From assembly GCA_963702095.1 (NCBI GenBank), contig OY969706.1, positions 1,760,001 through 1,824,000 of the forward strand: a stretch of 64,000 nucleotides of DNA. The letters run 5' to 3'. Shown here piece after piece: positions 10,359-20,291 of this stretch. A program made the translations under genes and the position numbers. Position 1 is the first letter of the stretch. Each line of letters opens with the position of its first letter. Origin of the DNA: Candidatus Bathyarchaeota archaeon (lineage in GTDB: Archaea; Thermoproteota; Bathyarchaeia; Bathyarchaeales; Bathycorpusculaceae). Under the pieces are notes generated by a model. It saw only the letters and a program-made list of their open reading frames with translations. It was not told the DNA's origin and made no database searches.

Positions 10359-11513
10359 CTAAGTAGAGGGTGCTGGACGAGTGCCTAAAGGCACATGGAC
10401 AATTATTGTATCTGCGCCTCTCACGATGCGTAAGTCAACGTTTTGTCCAGGTAAAGTGTTCTCTTCAAGGTAGCTTGCTAAGTCATCGTTGTTGCGTATT
10501 GTCTGATTTACCTTGCCGTTATCCATGCCTACTAAAATGTCGTCAACTGTTAATTTGCCGTCACAGGGCCCGCCTCTTACAACCGAGGCGATTTTCCAGC
10601 CATAGGTAACCTTAGAGTTGCTTTCCTGCGCTAAGGGGTAACTCATGTCGGTTCCTGTGACGCCTAAATAGGAGTGCCCATTGTAGCCGCCCGTAGTAAT
10701 CAAAGACGGGATCTCCCGAAGAATAGTGTTGGAGGGAATAGCGAAGCCTAAACCCTGCGAATCGCTAACGATGGCAGTGGTTATGCCTACTACGTTGCCC
10801 ATGGAGTTAAGCAGTAATCCGCCCGAGTTGCCGGGGTTAATTGGTGTGCTGGTTTGGATAACGTTGGCTATGGCGTATTTATCGGCGGTGTCTTCGGTGA
10901 TGCTGCGTCCAGTTGCGCTGACGACGCCAGTGGTTAAGGAACCGACGAGACCATAGGGGTTTCCGATGGCTATTACGGGTTCGCCGACGCGCAGGGGAGA
11001 AGAACTAACGATTGTCACTGGTTTAAACTGGGATGAGTCTGCCCCGCTAACTGTGACTACGGCTAAGTCAGCGTAGGGGTCTTTACCTATGACGCTGGCG
11101 GGGTATCCTTTGCCACTGTTGAAGGTGACGCTTAACGAGGTTGTGTCTTCAACAACATGGTAGTTGGTTATGACAACGTATTGACCACCGTAATTGTAGA
11201 CAAAACCCGAACCCTGTACGCCGCCACCGTCACTTGTTTCCCCTTGAATCAGAACCACAGAGTCCTTCACGTTAGCGTACAGGTCAACCAGTGAAGTGCC
11301 ATTCTGCAGTATGGTGATGTTTTGGTACGTAACATTCTGGAAACCCTGAAGCCCCAAAAAGTCAGTCTGCAAGTTCGCCATCTGCCCAGTTAGGTTCTTG
11401 ACTTCTTGGTAGTTAACATAGAACATGAGTAATCCGCCGACGAGTAACCCTGCAACGAAGAGCAGTATGAATAGGCTGGCGGAGGCTTTAGTGGCACTCT
11501 TAGACGTTAACAC
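10359..11513 (-). CDS. HtrA/DegP-like serine protease with PDZ domain
   Basis: N-terminal TM segment; TNYHVV, DLAVV and INPGNSGG catalytic motifs. Confidence 0.93.
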   Translation of the reverse strand: MLTSKSATKASASLFILLFVAGLLVGGLLMFYVNYQEVKNLTGQMANLQTDFLGLQGFQNVTYQNITILQNGTSLVDLYANVKDSVVLIQGETSDGGGVQGSGFVYNYGGQYVVITNYHVVEDTTSLSVTFNSGKGYPASVIGKDPYADLAVVTVSGADSSQFKPVTIVSSSPLRVGEPVIAIGNPYGLVGSLTTGVVSATGRSITEDTADKYAIANVIQTSTPINPGNSGGLLLNSMGNVVGITTAIVSDSQGLGFAIPSNTILREIPSLITTGGYNGHSYLGVTGTDMSYPLAQESNSKVTYGWKIASVVRGGPCDGKLTVDDILVGMDNGKVNQTIRNNDDLASYLEENTLPGQNVDLRIVRGADTIIVHVPLGTRPAPST

Positions 11514-11557
11514 TTAGGTACACCTCGAAACAGAATTACAGAATAAGAACATAAAAG

Positions 11558-12565
11558 TTACTGTACTCTGCGATCGATTAAGTCAAGTGCTTCAGGACCA
11601 GTACCGATCAAAGTGATGGGTATGCCTGTTCTGTTTTCAACCTCTTTTATGAAACCCTTGGCTTCCACGGGTAAATCATCAAACTCTCGGGCACTCCTAC
11701 AGGACGGGTAGAGCACATCGAGTTTAGTCATAGCACCCATCGTGGCTCCGTTGATCTTGGCAGTTTTCTTAGCTAACTCGAAATCGAAGGGTGCTGCCCT
11801 ACGGTCGCGTCCTGTTCCAGCGGCAACCTCAAACCAGCCCCGCTTCTGCGCTTCCTCCTTGCTGATTTCGCCGGGCAACGGTCCAGCGCCAACTCGGGTT
11901 ATGAATGATTTGTAGACTATGATGACGTCGTCGACTCTTGTGGGTCCAACGCCGGCTTCGGAGGCAATGGCGGATGCACCGGTATCTCTGCTGGTCACGT
12001 AGGGGTAGCCGCCGCTTAAGAAAAGGGACAACATAAAACCTTGAGTACCTTCCAGAAGCACCTTTTTGCCTTGGTCTAAGCCGTCGTTGACTTCGGCGAT
12101 TCCATCGCAGAGGTACGGTTGCAACTCAGGCATGTCTTTGGCAAGTTTTGCTGTGCGCCTCATGCGTTCTTCGATGGCTGGTCCGACACCCCAGCCGGTG
12201 GTGCCGATGCCCTTGTTCACGGCAGATGCCTTGTCTTGGTCGCTGTGCTTTTGCTCGATGATGGAGGCGTTTTTGTCTATGCCTACCCGTTTGGGGTCAA
12301 CTTGGGTTAACTCCATTTCCTTGAAGAACTGGCCGATGTGAACGTTTGAGCCTGCAGCGATTAGGAGCCGTGTTTTTGGGTTAATGAAAGCGGCTGGAAT
12401 CATGTGGAGAGCAAATTTTTTGTTTTCGTACCATACAGTGTGGGCTGCATTCACTGATCCTGTTCGAACGCAAAAGTCAAGGTTATCTTTTAGGGCTAAA
12501 TATGAGATTATTTTTCCTTTGCCTTCGTCTCCCCAGAAGGCGCCGACAATCACTTGGCATGGCAT
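11558..12565 (-). CDS. purA: Adenylosuccinate synthetase
   Basis: WGDEGKGK, EGTQG, YPYVTSRD and TKLDV motifs; short archaeal form. Confidence 0.95.
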   Translation of the reverse strand: MPCQVIVGAFWGDEGKGKIISYLALKDNLDFCVRTGSVNAAHTVWYENKKFALHMIPAAFINPKTRLLIAAGSNVHIGQFFKEMELTQVDPKRVGIDKNASIIEQKHSDQDKASAVNKGIGTTGWGVGPAIEERMRRTAKLAKDMPELQPYLCDGIAEVNDGLDQGKKVLLEGTQGFMLSLFLSGGYPYVTSRDTGASAIASEAGVGPTRVDDVIIVYKSFITRVGAGPLPGEISKEEAQKRGWFEVAAGTGRDRRAAPFDFELAKKTAKINGATMGAMTKLDVLYPSCRSAREFDDLPVEAKGFIKEVENRTGIPITLIGTGPEALDLIDRRVQ

Positions 12566-12615
12566 AACGTTTACCCTCTGAGAATTCAGCATAGCGCTTA
12601 TTTAAAGTTGTATGG

Positions 12616-12807
12616 TTAGCCGGATAGCTTTTCGGAGGATTTTTTGTCCTCGGTTATTAGTTCTGCTAATCGGTAGGTGACGTAGGCTGAGAAGCTTCGG
12701 ATGCCTTTTTTTATGGTATACTCTTCTTTCACTTTGAGCCATTCATTGAAAAAATAATCGTAAACTTCAGTCTTCACAGTGATGGTTTTGTAGCCCTTTT
12801 TCGGCGT
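12616..12807 (-). CDS. Small ribbon-helix-helix-like protein, 63 aa (apparent ACG start)
   Basis: (M)PKKGYKTITVKTEVYDYFFNEWLKVKEEYTIKKGIRSFSAYVTYRLAELITEDKKSSEKLSG; GAGGGG 6 nt upstream of ACG; absent from the ORF track. Confidence 0.75.
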   Translation of the reverse strand, partial: TPKKGYKTITVKTEVYDYFFNEWLKVKEEYTIKKGIRSFSAYVTYRLAELITEDKKSSEKLSG

Positions 12808-12945
12808 TGTGTTCCCCTCTTAGCATAGTAACCGAACGTACATTTATATAAGGTTTAATGATACATGCGGTACTTCACCGTTAATTATATATTGTCAAAC
12901 GTACCGTAAAGTACGGAGACAAGTAGTTAGAGAGGAGTATCGGTT

Positions 12946-13092
12946 TTGCCCAGAAAAGGTTACAAATGCATAACAGTGACAACAAAAATCCACGAGGACA
13001 TCAAAAAAAGAGCCAAAGAAACAAACCAAACAATCAAAGAATACATCGAATACCTACTCCAACAAGAGAAAGCCGCTAAAAAAGGAAAGTAG
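12946..13092 (+). CDS. Small ribbon-helix-helix-like protein, 48 aa
   Basis: TTG start after AGGAG; MPRKGYKCITVTTKIHEDIKKRAKETNQTIKEYIEYLLQQEKAAKKGK. Confidence 0.75.
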   Translation: MPRKGYKCITVTTKIHEDIKKRAKETNQTIKEYIEYLLQQEKAAKKGK

Positions 13093-13095
13093 CCC

Positions 13096-13263
13096 TTGCC
13101 AGCCAAAATCATCCAGAGCAACGAACGCGTAGCCGAAGTACAATTCGTATGCGACGCATGCGGCAAATTGGTTAGAACAAGCATCATCCCAAAAAGCCAA
13201 GCAGACGCACTCTCAAACGATAAAATACTCTGCTGCCAATGCAAACACCATACCCGAAAATAA
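13096..13263 (+). CDS. Zn-finger microprotein, 55 aa
   Basis: TTG start 3 nt after the previous stop; CDAC...CCQC motifs. Confidence 0.7.
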   Translation: MPAKIIQSNERVAEVQFVCDACGKLVRTSIIPKSQADALSNDKILCCQCKHHTRK

Positions 13264-13272
13264 TTTTCTGCC

Positions 13273-13653
13273 TCAAGAGCGGCGTTTGAGCGCTTCAGAA
13301 TCGATAACTTCAAGCAGCTTAACTACGCGTTTACCCTTCAACTGCTTCTCAACCTCAGACACCGTGTTTCTAGCTTCACAAATTGTGTCAAGAACGATGC
13401 CTTTTTCTTCGTCAACAATGACAGGGTAAACCTGGCAGCCAGAGGGCCGATTTGAGTACACACTGCATCGCCGATTCGTCAGGTCGTAGAAGAAGCAGTA
13501 GCCTTCAAGGTTTTTTAGGGTAGCGTAGCCTTGCTTATCGAAGCGCACAAACTGGTTTCTGCGGTATCCCAATACTTCGAGGCGCTGAATATCTTTTTTT
13601 GAGAGCAGCATCTCTGTTTCGGTGCAGCATACTCCACAGTTTGAGCAACGCAT
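13273..13653 (-). CDS. YkgJ/CxxCxxCC family cysteine-cluster protein
   Basis: CSNCGVCC, CFFY, CSVYSNRPSGCQVYP. Confidence 0.88.
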   Translation of the reverse strand: MRCSNCGVCCTETEMLLSKKDIQRLEVLGYRRNQFVRFDKQGYATLKNLEGYCFFYDLTNRRCSVYSNRPSGCQVYPVIVDEEKGIVLDTICEARNTVSEVEKQLKGKRVVKLLEVIDSEALKRRS

Positions 13654-13704
13654 AACGGTGAATTAATGCGGCGGTATTTGTGCCTTTACCCGACGCGCGG
13701 TTGT

Positions 13705-13950
13705 TTATGCTGGGTTATTCATGAGGTTAACATTAATCATTTCTGCGTAGGCAATGGTTCGTAGTGGTATGCGTGTGTTTTTTCGGTTAGCTAGGTGGTA
13801 TTCGATTTGGTTGTTGTTTTTGCCTAAGCCCTTGTGGAGTCGTGTGAGTTGAACGTTGATGATTACTGCGCCGTCTTTTAGGTGTAGGTTCACGTTTCTT
13901 CCGATGTAGGATCTGGCGCTGTTTGCGCTGAAACTCTCCATGTTCACCAT
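13705..13950 (-). CDS. Small hypothetical protein, Sm/LSm-like
   Basis: IGRNVNLHLKDG resembles an Sm1 motif. Confidence 0.6.
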   Translation of the reverse strand: MVNMESFSANSARSYIGRNVNLHLKDGAVIINVQLTRLHKGLGKNNNQIEYHLANRKNTRIPLRTIAYAEMINVNLMNNPA

Positions 13951-14215
13951 TCCTCTTCAGCATCGGCGATTTTGCTCCAGCACTGCTGGCAAATGGGCAG
14001 GTTTTCGCCTTTTATTTGGATATATAGTTTGATGTTTTCGCTTTTGCAGGTATCTTTCCAGGGGTTTCTACAATGCTCCATGTTTTTGCCTCAAAGTAGC
14101 GTTTGGCGTTTTTTGCTTATAAGGCACAGGTTTATGCGACTATTGCGTGGTGGGGAGGGGCAACTGAAAGTGAAAACTTAATACCCAGCGTCCACATTGG
14201 GCTAGTGAGAACTTT

Positions 14216-14662
14216 ATGGCGTTAACTGACCCAGTTGTGCTTATTGCCACAGTCACGGCTGTTATCCAAGTCATAGTCCTCTTTTTACTCATCTACGGCT
14301 ATACCTTAAAAGCCAAACTAGAGTATGCCCAACATGGAAAAGTCATGGCTTCAGCAGTCATAATCCATGCAGTAACGATAGTTTTGGTTATGCTTCCCTC
14401 CCTTGTCATAATAACATCGCCAAACTATGTCCTGCCTGAACCTGGAACACTATTCTATACAACCAGCATTGTTCATGTCGCTGCAGGCGCAATCGCATTC
14501 GCCTTAGGCATCGGGTTAGTTTTGGCTTGGCGGTTCAAAGACGTCAAAGGATGCTTTAAACGCAAAAGAATCATGGACCTTACAATAAGCCTATGGATTA
14601 TTGCATTGGTTTTAGGTGTTTCCCTCTATGTCGTCACTTACGGAACCCAACTGTTAATTTAA
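14216..14662 (+). CDS. DUF420-like membrane protein
   Basis: Four TM segments with conserved-looking His residues (HGKVM, IH, VH). Confidence 0.7.
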   Translation: MALTDPVVLIATVTAVIQVIVLFLLIYGYTLKAKLEYAQHGKVMASAVIIHAVTIVLVMLPSLVIITSPNYVLPEPGTLFYTTSIVHVAAGAIAFALGIGLVLAWRFKDVKGCFKRKRIMDLTISLWIIALVLGVSLYVVTYGTQLLI

Positions 14663-15201
14663 AGATCAACGATCTCTGGGGTAATGGTTTCCTTTGTGAT
14701 TTTCAATAATCCCACCGAAAGTTGCCCCATAGACGTAGCTGGAACAGTGGGGCTGCCGGGGTTAATGAAGAGCGTTTTGTCCTCCCATTTAACGTTTGCA
14801 ACATGCGTGTGCCCATAAACAAAAACGTCGAAGCCATGCTCTTTTATGAGTTCCCTCATCTTGTTAAATCCGAAGGCGATGTCGGGGTCATGCATCACGC
14901 CGATTTTCCAGTCAAATACATGCAGCGTGTTTAGTCTAGGCAGGGCGCCGGCTACGTCCATACCATCCATGTTGCCGTGAACCGCTAAAACAGGCGCCAA
15001 CTGCTCCAACTCGTCCACAACCGCTAACTCCACTAAATCGCCTGCGTGTATGATGTAGTCTACTTTTTGGAAGATTTCGAGGACTCTTTGGGGTAGGATG
15101 TGGGCGTGTTTGGGGATGTGGGTGTCTGAGATTAAGCCGACGGTTTTGGCGGCTTTGAGTATGGGCGGTTCTTTACTTACGAGTGCTGTTCCACTTATCA
15201 T
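14659..15201 (-). CDS. Metallophosphoesterase (YfcE/MJ0936 family)
   Basis: SDTH, HAGD, GNMD, GHTH and NPGS motifs. Confidence 0.92.
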   Translation of the reverse strand: MISGTALVSKEPPILKAAKTVGLISDTHIPKHAHILPQRVLEIFQKVDYIIHAGDLVELAVVDELEQLAPVLAVHGNMDGMDVAGALPRLNTLHVFDWKIGVMHDPDIAFGFNKMRELIKEHGFDVFVYGHTHVANVKWEDKTLFINPGSPTVPATSMGQLSVGLLKITKETITPEIVDL

Positions 15202-15287
15202 TATGTGGGTGCCTCCCAAACAGGCGTACCAAGCTATCTATGGAATGCTATCAATAAAAAGGCATTCATGAAAAAAGAGGGAAGGCT

Positions 15288-16645
15288 CTAAGTCATGAAG
15301 CGCACCACGGTTTCATAGAAGACGCTTGTGCCCCAAACAAGGTTTTCTATGGTTAAGCGTTCGTCGATGCCGTGCATGCGTTTCTCGTATTCGTCGTTGG
15401 GTTCATCAGGCCGCACTGGGTGGAAGCCGTAGCAGACGCTGCCTGTTTCTCTGAAAAACCGTGAGTCGGTTCCGCCTGTGGTAAGAGTGGGGGTTAGGCG
15501 CAGTTCGGTTCAAGCTCTTTTAGTACGCTGGTTATGGCGCTGTAGAGGGAGGTTTGTGTGGTGGATTCTGAGCCGTCATGCATCTGGATTATTTCGTAGC
15601 TTAATTTGTCGTCCCCGACTTCTTTTAGCATGGTTTTGAATAGGTTAAGGGTTTGGTTTACGCTCTGTCCGGGTAAGACGCGGCAGTCGAAGGTGACCTC
15701 GCATTCGGAGGGGATTATGTTTTCTTTGCAGCCGCCCCGAATTATGGTTGGGGTGATGGTGGTTTTGGTTCGAGGTCTGATTTCCTCTGATAGGGCTTTG
15801 TCTTTTTTTGCGAGTTCATCGAGTATTTCCTCGCTTTGCCCCGGATTAGCCAGCAACCGATTGAATGTTTCTTGGTGCAGGGGGTTGCTTTTAGCAACTT
15901 CGGCTATGAACTCTTTTAGAGTTGAAACATACATTGTCGGCGGCTTATAGGCTGCCAGTTTCTCTATGACTTTGTTTATGCGTAGGATGGCGTTGTCAGC
16001 CATGTTCGGAGTTGACCCATGCCCCGGAGTGCCCTTCGCCTTAATCTTGAACCACAAAATGCCCTTCTCTGCCGTCTGAATGGGATACACGTTTCTGCCG
16101 TTCTGGGGAAACGCTGTTCCGCCTCCCTCGTTTAACACGTAGGGACACCAGACTTTTTCTTTGTGGCTACGCAACAGGTATCCTGCGCCTTCTTCACCGC
16201 CTGCTTCTTCGCCTGCAGTCGCAGCTAAAACGACGTCGCCTTTGAGGGCAACATTGTTTTTCTTAAGCAGCTTTAGCGTTAAAACTTCGACGGCGGTCAT
16301 ACCCTTCATGTCGATAGCGCCTCTGCCATAGACGTAGCCGTCTTTTACTGTGCCGGCAAACGGGTCCACGGTCCATTCGGCGGGATTCGCTGCAACCACG
16401 TCTAAGTGTGAGAGCAGTAGCAAGTTGGGTTTTTGGCCTGTTCCTTTGAGGCGGGTTACTACGCTGCCTCTGCCGGGGTCGGATTCGAAGATTTCGGATT
16501 CGAAGCCGTCTTTGGCAAGGTAGTCTGCGAGGAAGTGGGCTGCTTTGGTTTCGTTGCCAGGGGGGTTGGTGGTGTCTATTTGGATTAACTGTGAGAGGAA
16601 GCTTGTGATTTCCTCTTCGATTTCTTTTTGGATTTTTATGGGCAT
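15288..16645 (-). CDS. M20 family metallopeptidase/deacylase (frameshift near 15496)
   Basis: SHLDVV, GRGAIDMKG, EE and GHGS motifs; C-terminal GGTDSRFF..MHGIDER lies in a shifted frame ending at 15288. Confidence 0.9.
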
Positions 16646-16804
16646 AAACCGGGCTCCTGTCATGGTTTAGGCGGTTTTTTCTCTTAAGTATTCTGTTTCT
16701 GAGCTTTGAGGTTTTTTTGAAAAAATTTTAGTTATTCAACAACGATGTTTATATACTATGTCAAAAAATGCTTATTGAACCATAAAAATTACGAGTTGAG
16801 CGCA

Positions 16805-17317
16805 ATGAAAGAGCTAAAACCAATAGATTACAAAATTCTGTTTGAGCTAATGAAGGACTCACACAGAAGCGACCGACAATTAGCTAAAGCCCTGGGTGTT
16901 TCCCAGCCTACCGTGACCCGAAGACGAGCCATGTTAGAAGAAAACTTTATTGAAGGATACACTGTTATACCCAAATTCGGCCAAATCGGGTTTGAGATCG
17001 CAGCCATAACCTTCTTGAAGAGCAAACTAAAATACGAAACAGGCGACCAAAAAACCGCTGCTCTACAAAAAATGAAAGAATGGTACATGAAAAAGACCAA
17101 TGTCATTTTGGTTTTAGACGGCAGAGGCATGGGTTGGGATACAGTTTGCATTTCACTGCATGAAAATTTTGCAAATTTCGCCGAGTTCATCCGAGCTCAT
17201 GATTCGGAGTTGTCGGATTGGGTGGTTGAAAGCCAAACTTTCAATGCTGACCTCAAAGGCGGAATCGTCATCAAACCATTCCACCTCAAATACCTTGCTT
17301 CTCTGAAGCAACAATAA
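16805..17317 (+). CDS. Lrp/AsnC family transcriptional regulator
   Basis: DYKILFELMKDSHRSDRQLAKALGVSQPTVTRR helix-turn-helix. Confidence 0.88.
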   Translation: MKELKPIDYKILFELMKDSHRSDRQLAKALGVSQPTVTRRRAMLEENFIEGYTVIPKFGQIGFEIAAITFLKSKLKYETGDQKTAALQKMKEWYMKKTNVILVLDGRGMGWDTVCISLHENFANFAEFIRAHDSELSDWVVESQTFNADLKGGIVIKPFHLKYLASLKQQ

Positions 17318-17622
17318 ACTTCTTTTTAGCCCTCCATTCTTATCCTTATTTATTTTTAAAAAAAACATGACTAAACCAGAACACCTTGCCGTTGCTAAGA
17401 AATAACACTATAATATATGTGAACCCTTGGAAAGGATTTAGTGGGGTTTAACTTTTTTGAGGAACCGTTTCTTGGGCAATTTGGGTTTTTTGACCCGTTC
17501 TGCATCAGCAGTCAAACCGATCAACCAATAGAATATTGGTTTGAAGCAAATATAAAATGAATGCATTTCCCTCGGAATATGGGTCATTGTCAATGTACCT
17601 ATAATGGGAGGGTGTCGGCGGT

Positions 17623-18915
17623 TTATTCGACAACGGGTTTCTTGTTTTTGTTGCCGAACCGCAGTTTTGCTGTGAGGATTTTCTCGGTTGCAAACAGCCG
17701 TGAAGCAATGTACATTATAACGACTGTGAAGGCGGCAACATAGATTATGCCTAAGATGACGGTTAAGTAGTTGCCTGCGACGACTTCTTTGGCGGCGATT
17801 ATGGGTTGACTGTAGGGAATGGCGTATAAGACTGCTTGCAAGGGGAGTGGCAGCGAGTTGATGTCGAGGTAGATCAATGCCATGGCTGGTAGGAAGATCA
17901 AAGGGTAGATGTAGCCGACAAGTGCCTGTGCGCCGCGGACGTTTTCGCTAAACGCTGACATTACCACTGCCAGTGCCAACGCAGAGAGCAACGTAAAGAA
18001 CAAGCTTATACCCAAGAGAACATAGCCGCCGAAGCTGGGAACAAGCCCCAACGCGACGAGATTTATACCTGCACCTCCAGTAGTGCTCGTGATGCCCATT
18101 GAAATCGAACCGAGCATGTAGTTGTAGCCTATTAGCACAGTGACTGCGGCGACGCCTGCGACGATGATTGTGCTTGAGACTTTTCCCATCAAAATCGCGA
18201 AGCGATCAACTGGTGTTGTTAGGAGGGTTTCGAGGGTTTTTTCTTCTTTTTCCATGGCAACGCTGGTTGCAGCAATCTGCATCGCATACGTCAACATAAT
18301 CATAATGGTAATTGGCAACGCAATGGATTGGGAAAGCATCAATCCGCCTAAAACGCTGGCGTCTACGCCTTCTTGGATTTGACCTTTGATAATGCTTGAC
18401 TGGGAAACCACAACTAAGTCGGGTGCGACGGCGCGGTTGAAACCTTCTACCAGTAGCGATACGCTTGAGCCGCCGATGCCGCTAAAGATACTGCCGCCGC
18501 CGTTGAACACGCCGTAAACTGCAACGGTGCCTGTGACGTCATAGTTGCCTGCGGCATGTTGCGTCAAATTAGCACTGAAATCCCGCGGTATAACCACAAA
18601 CAGGGAGCTATTGTACTGCGTAAGCAGGGCTTGGTCTACGATTTGCTGCGGTTGTGTGTCGTTTATGACGGAGACGTTCATGCTGGCGTTCATGTATCTC
18701 ACAAACGTACTGCTCCAGTTGCCGTTGTCGTTATCCACAATCAGCAATGTTGAACGGAGCGCTTCGTTCTGCGCGGTCTCCACTGCATAACCCAACACTA
18801 GCCCCAAAACCGGGAACATAATCAGGGGCAAAACAATCATGCCTATGAGGATTTTGGGGTCGCGCCCTAGCTCTTTTAGTTCCTTAAGCAGAATTGTTGT
18901 GAAGCCCTTAAGCAT
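17623..18915 (-). CDS. ABC-2 permease (NatB-like)
   Basis: EKEEKTLETLLTTP..ILMGK motif; multiple TM segments. Confidence 0.9.
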   Translation of the reverse strand: MLKGFTTILLKELKELGRDPKILIGMIVLPLIMFPVLGLVLGYAVETAQNEALRSTLLIVDNDNGNWSSTFVRYMNASMNVSVINDTQPQQIVDQALLTQYNSSLFVVIPRDFSANLTQHAAGNYDVTGTVAVYGVFNGGGSIFSGIGGSSVSLLVEGFNRAVAPDLVVVSQSSIIKGQIQEGVDASVLGGLMLSQSIALPITIMIMLTYAMQIAATSVAMEKEEKTLETLLTTPVDRFAILMGKVSSTIIVAGVAAVTVLIGYNYMLGSISMGITSTTGGAGINLVALGLVPSFGGYVLLGISLFFTLLSALALAVVMSAFSENVRGAQALVGYIYPLIFLPAMALIYLDINSLPLPLQAVLYAIPYSQPIIAAKEVVAGNYLTVILGIIYVAAFTVVIMYIASRLFATEKILTAKLRFGNKNKKPVVE

Positions 18916-19663
18916 AGCCGACCACCTTCATGAAAACCTCTTCGAGATTCTCAGCCCTATACTGCCCTTTGAGCGCTTGAGGTTCGCCTTCAACAACCAG
19001 TTTGCCCTTGTTAACAAGTGCCACTCGGTTGCAGAGGTGTTCCACTTCAAGCATGTTGTGGCTGCTCAACAGAACGGTTACGCCGTGTTCTTTGACGTAG
19101 CGCTTAACGATTTCTCGGATATGATAAGCGTACATGACATCAAGGCCGCTTGCGGGTTCATCGAGTACAGCCAACTTGGGCTTAGTCATCAGCGCCCGCG
19201 CAACCAGCAACCGCCGTTTCATGCCTTTGCTGTAGGTTTTGGCTTTGTCTTTTAAGCGGTCACCTAACCCGCAAATTATCGCTGCCTCCGCCACAACCTC
19301 TTTAATGTTCGTGCCCGGCGCGGCTTGGAGTTTAGCCATGAAGTTGAGGTATTCCCACCCTGTGAGGTTGGGGTATGCACCGGATTCTTCGGGGAGATAA
19401 CTGAGGATTTGACGGGTTTTCTCTGGTTGTTTGGTGGCGTCTTGACCGAAAATGTTGATGACGCCGCCTGTGGGCTTGATTAAGGTGCAGACCATGCGGA
19501 TGGTTGTGGTTTTGCCTGCGCCGTTTGGACCGATTAAACCGAAAATTTCGCCTGGTTTGATGTTAAAGTTGATGCCGTCAACTGCTCTTATCTGGCCAAA
19601 CTGCTTTGTTAACGAAACCGCTTCTACTGCATACGGCAAAGTTGTGCCCTCTTTCCTCTCCAA
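18908..19663 (-). CDS. ABC transporter ATP-binding protein
   Basis: GPNGAGKTT, YSKGM, LDEP and SH motifs. Confidence 0.94.
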   Translation of the reverse strand: MERKEGTTLPYAVEAVSLTKQFGQIRAVDGINFNIKPGEIFGLIGPNGAGKTTTIRMVCTLIKPTGGVINIFGQDATKQPEKTRQILSYLPEESGAYPNLTGWEYLNFMAKLQAAPGTNIKEVVAEAAIICGLGDRLKDKAKTYSKGMKRRLLVARALMTKPKLAVLDEPASGLDVMYAYHIREIVKRYVKEHGVTVLLSSHNMLEVEHLCNRVALVNKGKLVVEGEPQALKGQYRAENLEEVFMKVVGYA

Positions 19664-19700
19664 TAAGCAGGTAGGATTTTAAGGCTTTTTGGTACAGCGC

Positions 19701-19862
19701 TTAGATAAGGATTGCAGTTTTGCGTTTGTATTTCTTAGCCAGTTTAACTCGGTGCCTGTAAGCTAAGTAGGAACTGAACCAGAGCAGGCTCCGAAACCAG
19801 CTATTTGAAGTAACATCCAAGGATCTAACATATTCCTCTCTCCTCGCCCATGTTGTATCCAT
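19701..19862 (-). CDS. Possible small single-pass membrane protein
   Basis: Either a 53-aa open frame from ATG 19862, or MLDPWMLLQIAGFGA from ATG 19831 joined by a 1-nt indel to LLWFSSYLAYRHRVKLAKKYKRK. Confidence 0.35.
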   Translation of the reverse strand: MDTTWARREEYVRSLDVTSNSWFRSLLWFSSYLAYRHRVKLAKKYKRKTAILI

Positions 19863-19992
19863 GGCTTATTTAATTTTCCATATTTTTCTATAAAAAAGCC
19901 CCGTCTACTATGGTAGGAGCTCAAAAATTGCCTTTATCTGCAAAATAGCTGCTTAGTAGCGAGCGTTATGGCAACCCGTTTGATACATATCG

Positions 19993-20154
19993 CCACATCC
20001 ACAGGGCGGCGACTCCAACATAGAGCCATGCAGGGCGTGTGGAGAAAAACCCATATCCCACACCGAAACAGACGCCAAAAAACGTTGCAACCGCAAAAAG
20101 CAACCGCCCTCTTTTGGCATCTTGTGGCACCCTGCAAACCCGCATAAAGAGAGA
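19993..20154 (+). repeat. Dispersed intergenic element family B, copy B1
   Basis: CCACATCCACA..GAGCCATG..GTGTGGAGAAAAA..CCACACCGAAACAG..GTTGCAACC..CATAAAGAGA shared with the copies at 42639 and 55638. Confidence 0.9.
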
Positions 20155-20291
20155 GACCTAATTTGCTTGCGAATCAAAGCTACAACATGCATCTAGAACC
20201 CCACTAACATTCCAATTCATCGCTTTGGCAGAATAGACACCTTGTTTATGCATCAATTTAATAAACAGAAAGTCCTAAACATAGATGAGCC

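Noticed and set aside
17523-17541. Perfect 8-3-8 inverted repeat AACCAATA-GAA-TATTGGTT
   Set aside because: Single occurrence between convergent genes; it cannot be distinguished from chance or a terminator.
19934-20192. Track ORFs antisense to or spanning the repeats (also 42453-42822, 55608-55865, 10130-10336, 51479-51761)
   Set aside because: Starts and ends differ between copies; they are by-products of the repeats' skewed composition.
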